Shown here piece by piece: positions 21,850-34,493 of a DNA stretch of 64,000 bases. The stretch spans positions 608,001 through 672,000 of the forward strand of contig OZ219856.1 of assembly GCA_964291395.2 (NCBI GenBank), in the 5' to 3' direction. A model generated the notes under the pieces. That model worked only from the letters and a program-made list of their open reading frames with translations, was not told the DNA's origin and did not search any database. Source of the stretch: Alphaproteobacteria bacterium (lineage in GTDB: Bacteria > Pseudomonadota > Alphaproteobacteria > UBA2966). Position 1 is the stretch's first letter; each line of letters begins with the position of its first letter. The translations under genes were made by a program, and so were the position numbers.

Positions 21850-22278
21850 ATGCAGGAAGAGCCGGAACGGAGAGACCCTCACCACGGTCCGTCGCTCATG
21901 GACTTCATGCCGGAGCGGCCGGCACCGGGGTCGTTCGTCGCGCGGTCGGGGTCCCCGAGGTCCGAAGATGCGGGGCCGACTCCCGGCGAGGACGCTCTGA
22001 TCGAGGCGATGCAGACGGTCTACGACCCGGAGATCCCGGTCAATGTCTACGACCTCGGTCTCATCTACGGTTTGGCATTGGCGGAAAACGGCGATGTCGA
22101 CATCGAGATGACGTTGACGGCGCCCGGTTGTCCCGTGGCCGGCGTACTGCCGGGCTGGGTCGCCGACGCGGTGGCCGCGGTCGACGGAGTCGGGGAAGTC
22201 GAGGTGACACTGGTGTGGGATCCGCCGTGGACCCCGGATCGCATGTCGGACGATGCGAAACTCGCGCTGGATTTCTGA
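21850..22278 (+). CDS. SUF-associated DUF59 (SufT-like) protein
   Basis: VYDPEIPVNVYDLGLIY, MTLTAPGCP, WDPPWT motifs. Confidence 0.9.
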   Translation: MQEEPERRDPHHGPSLMDFMPERPAPGSFVARSGSPRSEDAGPTPGEDALIEAMQTVYDPEIPVNVYDLGLIYGLALAENGDVDIEMTLTAPGCPVAGVLPGWVADAVAAVDGVGEVEVTLVWDPPWTPDRMSDDAKLALDF

Positions 22279-22290
22279 GGGTTTGCTGGA

Positions 22291-22644
22291 ATGGAGTCGA
22301 AGGGAATGATGGGTCGGGAATTGTTCAAGCTGACGGATGCCGCGGCAGACCGGGTGAAGCACCTCATTGACGAGGGGGATGGCGCCGGCGCGGTGCTGCG
22401 CATCAGCGTGAAGACCCAGGGGTGCTCGGGCCTCGCGTACGCCATGGAATACACGGACGCGCCGCTTCCCATGGACGAGCTCGTCGAGGACAAGGGCGTG
22501 AGGATCTGCGTCGATCCTCTGGCCACGATGTATCTCGCCGGCACCGAGATGGATTACATCGAGGACAAGCTGAGCTCCGGCTTCGTATTCAACAACCCGA
22601 ACGAAAAGGGCCGTTGCGGCTGCGGCGAATCGTTCCACGTTTAG
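22291..22644 (+). CDS. sufA: Fe-S cluster assembly accessory protein (SufA/IscA)
   Basis: GCSGLAY...F.NPN...CGCGESF. Confidence 0.92.
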   Translation: MESKGMMGRELFKLTDAAADRVKHLIDEGDGAGAVLRISVKTQGCSGLAYAMEYTDAPLPMDELVEDKGVRICVDPLATMYLAGTEMDYIEDKLSSGFVFNNPNEKGRCGCGESFHV

Positions 22645-22730
22645 CCGGCATCCGGCGGTTGCTCTGGACGTCTCCCCTTCCTGCGACACCCAGTCCCCCG
22701 ATACCGCTTTCCCACCCGTAGCCGGGTGTC

Positions 22731-25083
22731 ATGACCAACTTCCACATCGGACAGCCGCTGCGGCGGGTCGAAGACGGGCGCTTCCTCACCGGTGCCGGGA
22801 CCTACGTCGACGACATCGGTCTGCCGGACATGGCGCATGGCGCCGTGCTGCGGTCGCCCCACGCCCACGCACGGATTCTCTCTATCGACACGGCCCCGGC
22901 GCTCGCCGCGCCGGAGGTTCTCGCGGTCTATACCGCCGCCGATCTGATCGCGGCGGGTCTCGGTGCGATCGAAACGCGGACGGTGCTGAACAGCCGCGAC
23001 GGCACGCCGCTCGCCAAGCCGGCGCGGCCGATTCTGGCGGACGGCCGCGTGCGGTTCGCCGGTGACGCCGTCGCATTCGTCGTGGCCGAGAGCGTTGCGG
23101 CCGCTAGAGATGCCGTGGAGTCGATTGAGGTCGATTACGAACCGCTTCCCGCAACCACCGAGCCGCGTGCCGCGCTCGAGCCCGGGGCGCCACTGGTGTG
23201 GGATGAGGCGGAGGGAAACCTGTGCCTCGACTTTGAGGCGGGCGACCCGGAAGCGGTCGACGCGGCGTTCGCCGCCGCCGCGCACCTCACCCGCATCGAA
23301 ATCCTCAACCAGCGCGTGTCGGTCGTTCCTTTGGAGCCGCGCGGCGCCGTCGGCGAGTACGACTCCGCGACGGAGTCCTTTGACGCTCACGGCGTCGACT
23401 CAAAACGTGCACGTCCTCCGTGATCAGCTTGCCGCGGAAATATTCGACGTTCCCGCCGAGACCGTGCGCGTGAAGGCGGTGGATGTCGGCGGCGGGTTCG
23501 GCACCAAGAATTCCCTCTATCCGGAGTATCCGCTGGTGCTGTTCGCGGCGCGGGAGCTCGGGCGGCCGGTCAAATGGAGCGCCGATCGCTCCGAGAGTTT
23601 CCTGAGCGACAATGACGGCCGGGGTCAGTGGAGCGAGGTATCGCTCGCCCTCGACGAGGGGCACCGTTTCCTGGCCCTTCGCGTGCGCTCCGTGGGCGAG
23701 GCCGGCGCCTACCTCGCCGCCAACAGCGCGAGCATCGCCACCGCAGGCACGGTGCGGACGGTCGGCGGTCACTATCGGATCGGCGCGCGCCATTTTCGCT
23801 CGAAGGTCGCGTTCACCCACACCTCGCCGACGGACCCCTATCGCGGCGCGGGCCGGCCCGAGGCCACGTACCAGATCGAACGGGTCGTCGATGCGGCCGC
23901 CGACGAGCTCGGCATCGACCGTGTCGAGCTCCGGCGCCTGAATGTCGTCCGGCCCCGCGAGTTGCCCTACGACAACGGCCTCGGCCATACCTTCGATGCC
24001 GGCAACTTCCCTGAGGTCCTCGATCGCGCGCTGAAACTGACGGCGTGGCCGGAGGCGGGACGCGGCGCGGCGCCTGGCGAATCGGGGCCGCTCCGCGGCA
24101 TCGGCATGAGTTTCTGGCTGGCGCCCACCGGGGGACCGCCCAGGGAGTACGCGGCGCTCCGCTTCGCCGAAGACGGGTCCGTCGTGCTCGCGGTCGGAAG
24201 CCAGTCCACGGGCATGGGGCACGAGACGACGTTTCCTCAGCTCGTCGCGACGTGGCTCGGCATTCCCTACGACGCCATTGCCTATCGTCAGGGCGATACC
24301 GGCCTGACGCCCTTCGGCGGCGGACATTCCGGTTCGCGCACGCTCGGTATGACGGGGTCGGCCATCAGGGTCGTCGCGGACCGCGTCATCGAGAAGGCTA
24401 CGCTTGTCGCCGCCCACCTGCTGGAGGTGGCGCCGGCCGACGTGCGCTTCGCCGACGGCGAGTTCGTCGTCGCGGGGACCGACCGCCGCGTCACCATGAC
24501 GGACGTCATCCGGGTGTCTTTCGATTCCTCGCGGTGTCCGGACGGATTCGAGGGCCCGCTGGACGACGAGGAAATCTATGAACGGCCCTGGATCTCCTAT
24601 CCCAACGGCTGTCACGTCGCCGAGATCGAGATCGATCCGGACACCGGCGTGATCACGACCGTCGGTTACCATGCGGTCGAGGATGCGGGTCCGATCGTCA
24701 ATCCGATGACCGCGGAAGGCCAGATCATGGGGGGTGTCGCCCAAGGGATCGGACAGGCGGTCACGGAGGGCGTCGCCTACGAACCGGACAGCGGGCAGCT
24801 CCTGACCGGATCCCTGATGGATTACTGTCTGCCTCGCGCCGATGATCTTCCGAACATGCGGATCCGTTTCTTCGAGGATGCTCCCTCCACGAACAACCTG
24901 CTCGGCATCAAGGGCGTGGGGGAAGCGGGATGCGTCGGCGCGCCCCCGGCCGTGGTCAATGCCGTATTGGATGCCCTTCGTCCCTATGGCATACGCGGTC
25001 TCGACATGCCTCTGACGCCCGACAAGATCTGGCGTGCCATCCGCGCGGCGACGAGCGCGGACCGGAGAGGTCCGCAGTCCTGA
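22731..25083 (+). CDS. Xanthine dehydrogenase family molybdopterin-binding subunit (CoxL-like); apparent frameshift near 23380
   Basis: RVEDGRFLTG, RSPHAHA, VGGGFGTK, PYRGAGRPEA, GMGHET, GSRT, EGQIMGG, KGVGEAG motifs. Frame changes at TCCTTTGACG. Confidence 0.85.
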
Positions 25084-25140
25084 GCGACGAGAACCGCCGG
25101 GGCGGTTTCGGTCGAGCCGGAAGCGCCGTAGATTGGGCCT

Positions 25141-26202
25141 ATGAAGCTCCTCGTTCTCCCCGGTGACGCCATCGGGCCCGAAATCGTCGGCGCCGCGCTC
25201 GATGTCCTGAAGGCCGCCGACAGCGCGTTCGGCCTCGGCCTCGAGCTCGAGGAAGCCCCGGTCGGTCTCGATGCCCTGGAGCGGCTGGGCACGACCCTTC
25301 CCGACGAAACTCTCGACCGCGTCTTCGCCAGCGACGGGGTGATCCTGGGGCCGCAGCACAATGTCGCCTACCCGCCGCCGGACAAGGGCGGGAGGAACGT
25401 TTCGGCGACGATCCGCAAGCGTCTCGACCTCTTCGCCAACGTCCGGCCGAGCCGCGGACGCCCCGGTGTGCCGGCGCCGGCGCCCGGCATCGACGTGGTC
25501 ATCGTGCGGGAGAATACCGAGGGCTTCTATGCGGATCGCTCGATGGCCCTGGGATCGGGCGAGTTCATGCCGACGGACGATGTGGCGCTGGCGGTCCGCA
25601 AGATCACCCGCGAAGGCTCGCGCCGTGTCGCCGAGGAGGCCTGCCGCATCGCCGCGTCGCGCAGCCGCAGGCTCGCGGTCGTGCACAAGGCGAACGTCCT
25701 GAGCCTGACCGACGGGTTGTTTCGGGACACGGCGTTTTCCGTGGCCGGGCAGCACGGCGGACTGGAGGTCGAGGAATACCTCGTCGATGCCATGGCGGCC
25801 CTTTTGGTTCGCCAACCCGATGCGTTCGATGTGATCGTGACGACCAACATGTTCGGGGACATCCTGTCCGATCTGACCGCTGAACTGTCGGGCGGCCTGG
25901 GACTGGGGCCATCGATCAACGCGGGCCGGGAACGTGCCATCGCCCAGGCGGCCCACGGCGCGGCGCCCGATATCGCCGGGCGGGGTGTCGCCAATCCGAC
26001 GGCCATGATTCTTTCGGTCGCCATGCTGTTGGACTGGCTGGGACTGAAACACGGTCGGGACGATTTGCGGCGGGCCGCCGGCGGCATGGACCGTGCGGTC
26101 GACGGGCAGCTCGCCGACCCGGAGGGCCGGACCGCCGATCTCGGCGGCCCGCTGGGGACCGCGGCCTTCGGATCCGGGGTCGCTTCGCGGATCAGCGCCT
26201 GA
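25141..26202 (+). CDS. Isocitrate/isopropylmalate/tartrate dehydrogenase family protein
   Basis: GDAIGPEI, RENTEGFY, VHKANVL, NMFGDILSD, HGAAPDIAG..ANP motifs. Confidence 0.9.
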   Translation: MKLLVLPGDAIGPEIVGAALDVLKAADSAFGLGLELEEAPVGLDALERLGTTLPDETLDRVFASDGVILGPQHNVAYPPPDKGGRNVSATIRKRLDLFANVRPSRGRPGVPAPAPGIDVVIVRENTEGFYADRSMALGSGEFMPTDDVALAVRKITREGSRRVAEEACRIAASRSRRLAVVHKANVLSLTDGLFRDTAFSVAGQHGGLEVEEYLVDAMAALLVRQPDAFDVIVTTNMFGDILSDLTAELSGGLGLGPSINAGRERAIAQAAHGAAPDIAGRGVANPTAMILSVAMLLDWLGLKHGRDDLRRAAGGMDRAVDGQLADPEGRTADLGGPLGTAAFGSGVASRISA

Positions 26203-27823
26203 CGATCGGCGCCGGGTTCCCTTCGATCATCACGTTGATGCAGGCGGGCTTGCCGCTGGCGTGAGCCCGCGCCAGCGCTGCGGGGAGCTGTCCCGGCCGG
26301 GTCACGAGTTCTCCGTGCGCGCCGAGCGCCTCCGCGACCAAGTCGTATCGCGTCGGCAGCAGTTCGCAGCCGTGCACCCGATTTTCTCCGTAGTCGCGGA
26401 TCTGGATCTGATGTTCGGCGTTCCAGCGAGCGTCGTTGCCGACGACGGCGATCAGCGGGAGATCGCAGCGGATCGCGGTGTCTAGTTCGGCGAGGTGGTA
26501 CCCGAAGGCGCCGTCCCCCGAAATGGAGATGACCGGCGCCTCCCTCTCGACCGTGCAGGCCGCAAGGCCGAAGGGGATGGCGGAACCGATTGACCCCGCG
26601 ACGCCGTTGATGATGCGCCGTTCCGAGTCGAGCATGCTCTGCGACCACTGGCCGATCTCGCCTCCGTCGCACACGAGCACGGTGTCCGGATTCTCCGCCA
26701 TGAATTCCCGAACGCCGCGACAGAAATCGAGCGCGTGGAGCGCTCCGTCACCGTTTGCCGTCGTGGTCTCCCAGTCGGGAGGACGATAGTCCACGGCGGC
26801 GCGTACCTCGGCGCGCCAAGCGTCGTCGCCGCACGCCGAACCGAGCGCCGCGAGTTCCGCGGCCGCCGCCGAGGGGGTCGCCACGCCGCTCAGGATCAGG
26901 CGTTCGCCCATGTCCCGCGCCACGCGGCGGATCAGTTCGACATCCGCGTCGAGCATGATGAATTTGCAGGCCGGATCGAAGGCTGGCGCCTCGCCGAACC
27001 GAAGCGTGAAATCGAGGGGCTTGCCGAGCAGCACCAGGAGATCGGTCTGCCGGACGACCTCCGCGATGGCGCCGAGCGCGGGATCATTGAGCCCGCGCGG
27101 GCTCTCCATCCCGATCACGGGAACGTTCAGGGTGTCTTCCAGCTTCCGTGCCGCGGCCCGGCCCGGCCGGGAGCAGAGAGTCGGGCCGCCGACGATCACG
27201 GGGCGTTCCGCCGCGGCGATGGCGGAGAGCGCCGCGGACGCCGCCGTCTCGCCCAATGGAGAGGCCGCGGGTTCGAAGGCGGATCCTTCCGGCCACAGGG
27301 ACGGCTCGTCAGCGAGTTCCGCGTCGAGGACGTCGGATGGCAGGCTGAGGTGGACGGGTCCCGGGCGTCCCGAAGCGGCGGTCCGGGCGGCGCGCGCGAG
27401 ATCGTGGCCCAAGTCCGCCGCCCGCCCGACCGTCCAGGAGTCCTTGGCGACGGTCGCGGCCATCGCCGCCTGCGGCAGTTCCTGAAATCCGCCCCGGCCG
27501 ATCTCGTGGGTGGCGGCGTGCCCCGACAGCAGGATCATGGGGGTTTCCGAGGCCATGGGGGTGCAGAGAGCCGCGGCCGCGTTGGTATGACCCGGCCCGC
27601 CCGTGACGAGGGCGACACCGACTCTGCCGGTCAGACGGGCCCAGGCGCTTGCCATGAACACCGCGGCTGCCTCCTGGCGGACGTGAAGGAGCTCCAGCCT
27701 CGTGCCGATCGCGGCGTCGTAGATCGACATGATGTGGTTTCCCGACAGCGAGAAAATCGTATGCATTCCCGCTTTTTCGAGTGTCCGGGCCACGATGTCG
27801 GCTCCGCGCAGGGTCTTCGTCAT
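26192..27823 (-). CDS. Thiamine pyrophosphate-dependent enzyme (acetolactate synthase-like superfamily)
   Basis: VRQEAAA (catalytic Glu), GPGHTNA, GFQE, GDGAFGY...VGND TPP-binding motif. Confidence 0.88.
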   Translation of the reverse strand: MTKTLRGADIVARTLEKAGMHTIFSLSGNHIMSIYDAAIGTRLELLHVRQEAAAVFMASAWARLTGRVGVALVTGGPGHTNAAAALCTPMASETPMILLSGHAATHEIGRGGFQELPQAAMAATVAKDSWTVGRAADLGHDLARAARTAASGRPGPVHLSLPSDVLDAELADEPSLWPEGSAFEPAASPLGETAASAALSAIAAAERPVIVGGPTLCSRPGRAAARKLEDTLNVPVIGMESPRGLNDPALGAIAEVVRQTDLLVLLGKPLDFTLRFGEAPAFDPACKFIMLDADVELIRRVARDMGERLILSGVATPSAAAAELAALGSACGDDAWRAEVRAAVDYRPPDWETTTANGDGALHALDFCRGVREFMAENPDTVLVCDGGEIGQWSQSMLDSERRIINGVAGSIGSAIPFGLAACTVEREAPVISISGDGAFGYHLAELDTAIRCDLPLIAVVGNDARWNAEHQIQIRDYGENRVHGCELLPTRYDLVAEALGAHGELVTRPGQLPAALARAHASGKPACINVMIEGNPAPIVRR

Positions 27824-27967
27824 GATTGCTCCGTCAAGTGATCGTGGGGGCGCGAGCGGGCGACGGCGGACTCGGTCGCCCCCGTCCCTTATATCCCATC
27901 CTCGCTCCATTCATGCCATCCTTCAGCCCTTCAACGGATCGCTCGGCAACGGAGAGGGGACGTCGAC

Positions 27968-28732
27968 ATGGCGAAATTGGAAGGCAAGATGGTTCTCGTG
28001 AGCGGGGCCTCGCGCGGCATCGGCAAAGCGATCGCGCTCAAACTGGCGGAGGAGGGGGCGTCGCTCTACCTGGTCGCGGATGAGACGGAGGACGAGTTGC
28101 AGGCGGTCTGCGCGGAATGCGGCGACCTGCACGGTGCCGTGGACGTGCGCTACGGCATCATGGAGCTCTCGGAGGCGGACGCCGGCGTGCGTATGGTGAA
28201 GGCCTGCCTCGAGGAGTTCGGGCGCATCGACGTGCTCGTCAACAACGCCGGCGTGCGTCGGCGCGCACGTTTCGGCGAATTCACCCAGGACGACTATGAG
28301 TTCGTCCAGGCGGTCAACATCCGGACGCCTTTCTTCGCCAGCCAGACCGCGCTGCCGGCCATGCGGGAACAAGGCGGCGGCCGCATCATCAACATCACGA
28401 GCCAGATGGGATCGGTGGCCTTCGACGGACTCGCCCTCTACGGCATGAGCAAGGCGGCGCTCATCTATCTGACGCGCGCGATCTCTTTCGACTGGGCGCG
28501 GGACGGCATACAGGCGAATTGCGTCAGTCCGGGCCCCATCGCCACGCAGTACAACGTCGACCGACTCGAGGACGATCGGGCGATGTGGGACAAGCTCGAA
28601 CGCGGCACGACCATCGGCCGCTTCGGCAAACCCGAGGAGATCGCCGAGGCGGTCTGCTTTCTGGCCACGTGCGAGACCGAATTCATCCAGGGCCACGACC
28701 TGGTCGTCGACGGCGGCTGGACCAGCCATTGA
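27968..28732 (+). CDS. SDR family oxidoreductase
   Basis: SGASRGIG, NNAG, YGMSK, VDGG motifs. Confidence 0.92.
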   Translation: MAKLEGKMVLVSGASRGIGKAIALKLAEEGASLYLVADETEDELQAVCAECGDLHGAVDVRYGIMELSEADAGVRMVKACLEEFGRIDVLVNNAGVRRRARFGEFTQDDYEFVQAVNIRTPFFASQTALPAMREQGGGRIINITSQMGSVAFDGLALYGMSKAALIYLTRAISFDWARDGIQANCVSPGPIATQYNVDRLEDDRAMWDKLERGTTIGRFGKPEEIAEAVCFLATCETEFIQGHDLVVDGGWTSH

Positions 28733-28823
28733 CGCCCGGCGGCGTTTCGCGGTCGCCCGACGGTTGGTGTACATAGGGGTCGCGTACGTGGAGCGCGTAC
28801 CGGCGTCGCGAGGAGAGGTGGGT

Positions 28824-31505
<2,682 letters not shown>

Positions 31506-31514
31506 GGGCCGGGG

Positions 31515-31549
31515 GCGGAGAGCCGGGCTGAATCCGCCCGGCTCTCCGC
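31515..31549. terminator. Hairpin between convergent genes (probable bidirectional terminator)
   Basis: 14-bp perfect stem gcggagagccgggc/gcccggctctccgc with a 7-nt loop. Confidence 0.7.
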
Positions 31550-31555
31550 GTCCGG

Positions 31556-33067
31556 CTACGCCGGCACGAACGTTCCGTGAAATCCGAGGGGCAGCGGGTA
31601 GGGCAGGGCGGCCCAGGCCAGAGGCCCGTCGGCAAGACGTGAAGCGTCGAATACGGAAATCCGCGTCACCCGTTCCCTGAGATCGAGCGCCGTGCCGACG
31701 AGCCAGCCGTCGGTCTCGTCCACGGCGTCGCGACGCGGCACGAAGACATGCTCCTCCGCGATGAACCAGTCGCCGTAGTCGAACGAATCGGCGAGGCCCG
31801 CCTCGATGTCGATGCGGGCGACCCGGCCGAGGCCGCTGATCTCCGCGCCGCCGGTGAGGGCGTAGACCTGACGATAGCGCCGGCCGACCACGGCGGGGGC
31901 GACACGCGGAAATTCGGCGGAGACGCTGGAGATGTCCTGCACGGCATCGCCGCTTGCGTTCAGTGTCACCTGGGCGAAACGGGTCGGCTCGGTCGGCGCC
32001 CGGAACTCGCCCCGCATGACGTGACGCAGGGTCTCCGTCAACACCGTTGCGTCGGGGGCGACACAGTAGTCGAAGCGGATGTTCCCGGTCGGGTCCTCCC
32101 AGGCATTGCCCAAGTGGAAAGCGAAGCCGGCGGGCAACCGGTACCAGCGCCTATCGGAGAAATCGTCCTTGGCCACGACGAGGACGCGGGTGTCCAGTTC
32201 CGGACGCCAGACGTGCGAGTCGAGGAACGACACATCCGGACCGAACACCGTTTCATCGTAGACCAACGGGGGAAGCACGAAGACGAGATGCCGCGCCGTC
32301 ACCACGAAGTCGTGCACCATGCCGAGGTGCTCGACGGGCACCGCACCCGTCTTGCGGAGCCGGCCGTTCGAGGCGATGTGATAAAGCACGAGCAGTCCCC
32401 GGCTCACGACGTTGCCGAAGTTCCACAACGTGCCGTCGGGCTCGGCCTTGGGGTGCGCGGAAAAGGCGATGCCTTTCAGATCCTCGCTCCAGGTCTTTCG
32501 GCCCAACGTTTCGAGTGTGGATGCCTCGATCCGGTGCGCGGATCCCCCTTCCCACAGCGCCAACAGTTCGCCGCCATGGTGGCAGATGCTGATGTTGGCG
32601 GTATTGAGGTCGTCGGGGCCGCGAAGCGGGGGTGAATCCCGACCGGTCGTGCCGAATGCCGGAAACCGATGGCGGCCGGCCCTTTCTTCGGCCATGTATT
32701 TTGCCGTCTCGATTATTCGCCCTTGGTGGCTGACGTTCCCTTCGTCGAAGCGGAACGCCTGCACCATCCCGTCGCCGTCGAACCAGTGGCGGTAGCGGTG
32801 CCCGGCCCGTTCGTGGCGGGCCGGTCCGTTGCGATAGAAGGTTCCCGTCAGGCCCGGTGGCAGGGCGCCGGTGACCGGGAGGTTGGGGGCGGCCAGTCGC
32901 GGTTCGGTGACGCCCTGCCAACCCAGGAGGCGCGGATTCTCGGCCAGTGCCGAATCGAAGGCTCGTTTCCAGGAGGTTGCCGACAACGCCCGCGTGCCGA
33001 GGGGTCCGAGGGCGCCGACCACGGGTGCCAGGGCGAAGGCTCGCAGCAGGTTTCGTCTCGTGAGCAT
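31556..33067 (-). CDS. Carotenoid oxygenase (RPE65/CCO) family protein with Tat signal
   Basis: MLTRRNLL twin-arginine leader; LTGTFYRNGP, HWFDGDGM, FSAHPK, MVHDF, FHLGNAWE, EFPRV, EHVFVP, LPLGFHGTF (four Fe-His). Confidence 0.9.
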   Translation of the reverse strand: MLTRRNLLRAFALAPVVGALGPLGTRALSATSWKRAFDSALAENPRLLGWQGVTEPRLAAPNLPVTGALPPGLTGTFYRNGPARHERAGHRYRHWFDGDGMVQAFRFDEGNVSHQGRIIETAKYMAEERAGRHRFPAFGTTGRDSPPLRGPDDLNTANISICHHGGELLALWEGGSAHRIEASTLETLGRKTWSEDLKGIAFSAHPKAEPDGTLWNFGNVVSRGLLVLYHIASNGRLRKTGAVPVEHLGMVHDFVVTARHLVFVLPPLVYDETVFGPDVSFLDSHVWRPELDTRVLVVAKDDFSDRRWYRLPAGFAFHLGNAWEDPTGNIRFDYCVAPDATVLTETLRHVMRGEFRAPTEPTRFAQVTLNASGDAVQDISSVSAEFPRVAPAVVGRRYRQVYALTGGAEISGLGRVARIDIEAGLADSFDYGDWFIAEEHVFVPRRDAVDETDGWLVGTALDLRERVTRISVFDASRLADGPLAWAALPYPLPLGFHGTFVPA

Positions 33068-33077
33068 GGCGGGTCTC

Positions 33078-33575
33078 CTAGTAGCCCAGAGTGGCGGTCG
33101 TGGACAGGGGACCGTCGCCTTCGGAGATCTCGACCGCGGCGGCATCGAACGAAGGCGGACCCGCGAAGCCCCGCGCGTCTCGGCTGAAGGCGTAGCCTTC
33201 CTTGGGAATGCCGATGAAGTTCACATCCAGCTCGTCGTTGTCGTTCTCGTCATGGAAGACGGCCACGGCAAAGCGGCCCGGCGGCAGGTCCGCGAAAACG
33301 AATTCCAGGGCGCCAAGCCCCGCCGTTCGCCATTGGGCGGCGACGGTGCCCGACGCATCCGGGAACTTGACGTCGGGCACCGGTTTGTGCAGCGCGACCC
33401 TGACTTTTCCTCGGTCGCTGCGGATTCCATCGATGGTGACGCGAAGCTCCGAGGCTTGCGCGGTTCCGGAAGCGCTCAATGCGGCGAAGAAAAGGATGCC
33501 GCCCGCCGTCAACGCGAACGCGGTCCGGCGGAGGTGATTTCGACGACGCGGGGGCAATTGCGTTGTTCGGGCCAT
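33078..33575 (-). CDS. DUF2141 family exported protein
   Basis: Signal peptide; PGRFAVAVFHDENDNDELD..FIGIPKEGYAFS....F.GPPSF. Confidence 0.85.
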   Translation of the reverse strand: MARTTQLPPRRRNHLRRTAFALTAGGILFFAALSASGTAQASELRVTIDGIRSDRGKVRVALHKPVPDVKFPDASGTVAAQWRTAGLGALEFVFADLPPGRFAVAVFHDENDNDELDVNFIGIPKEGYAFSRDARGFAGPPSFDAAAVEISEGDGPLSTTATLGY

Positions 33576-33606
33576 GAGAATTTCCTCCTCTGTTGGTCGT
33601 GCTCGT

Positions 33607-34203
33607 CTATGGGCGTTGTTGCTGGCCTGCGCCGCCGCCGACCGCCTCGGGCGCGGCGTCCAGATCGCGCAGCTTGCTCAGGGTTTCGTCGCACCAGGAG
33701 ATCTGTGCGTCCACTGCGTGCCTGCCGTAGCTGAGGGTCATCAGCCAGTAGGGCAGATCGGGGTGCCCGGCGTGCCGACGCCGGGTGTCGCGTTCGATCG
33801 CGGCGTAGGTCTCGAGCCGGGCAACGGCTTCCTCCCGGCGCCGCTCGACATGACGGATGCTGACCGCTGACGGCGTCGACCGGCCGAAAAAGAGCTTGAG
33901 CAGAAGCTCGTTGCGTCGTCGTTCGGGTTCGGGCGGTTCCTCCAGCCACTCGGCGAGGACGAGGCGGCCGCCATCGGTGAGGCGGTAGGCTTCGCTCGGC
34001 CGTCCGTCCGTGGACTTGGGTTCGTCGGCTTCCACGAGTCCCGACGCCGCGAGGCGCTTCAGGATCGGATAGATCTGGCCGTAGCTCTCGTTCCAGAAAT
34101 GGCCGATGCTGGCATCGACCGCCTTCTTGATGTCGTAACCGGACATCGGGCGCCAGGTCAGGAATCCCAGTATCGCTTTGTCTGTTCGGCTGCGCCGGGC
34201 CAT
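33607..34203 (-). CDS. PadR family transcriptional regulator
   Basis: AILGFL..PMSGYDIKK...FWNESYGQIYP.L...Y.LT..G...NELLLKLFF. Confidence 0.92.
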   Translation of the reverse strand: MARRSRTDKAILGFLTWRPMSGYDIKKAVDASIGHFWNESYGQIYPILKRLAASGLVEADEPKSTDGRPSEAYRLTDGGRLVLAEWLEEPPEPERRRNELLLKLFFGRSTPSAVSIRHVERRREEAVARLETYAAIERDTRRRHAGHPDLPYWLMTLSYGRHAVDAQISWCDETLSKLRDLDAAPEAVGGGAGQQQRP

Positions 34204-34240
34204 CGCCCACTCCGCGGATGAGGGTCGGGGCTGAAGGCTG

Positions 34241-34290
34241 TTATATCTATTAATTATATCTATTAGATATATTCCGGATGATTATGTCAA
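34241..34290 (-). promoter_or_regulatory. Sigma70-like promoter and probable PadR operator
   Basis: Minus strand TTGACA-N17-TCTAAT (34290-34262) overlaps palindrome TATATCT-ATT-AGATATA (34255-34271) and a 12-bp direct repeat TTATATCTATTA (34241, 34254). Confidence 0.7.
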
Positions 34291-34303
34291 GGAGTCACTC
34301 ATG

Positions 34304-34375
34304 CACAACCTGTCTCGCTTAGCCTCGCCTAGTCCCGGCTTGTCTCGCTTCGCTCCGCCGGGTTGGGCGGGGAGC
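34304..34375 (-). repeat. 72-bp intergenic repeat element, copy 1
   Basis: Reverse complement matches 54483-54554 at 64/72 positions without gaps. Confidence 0.85.
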
Positions 34376-34493
34376 AGGGGAGCGACGCCGCTTCTCCGGT
34401 CCGCAACCCAATGATGCCTGCCTGAGATTCGCGTCCTGATATACTGGGGAGGCTGGTCGTCGCGGGCCGGACCGCACCCGAGGGTGTCGAAAC

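Noticed and set aside
22731-25083. Aerobic CO dehydrogenase (coxL form I)
   Set aside because: Lacks the Cu-binding AYxCSFR loop, and coxM/coxS are absent.
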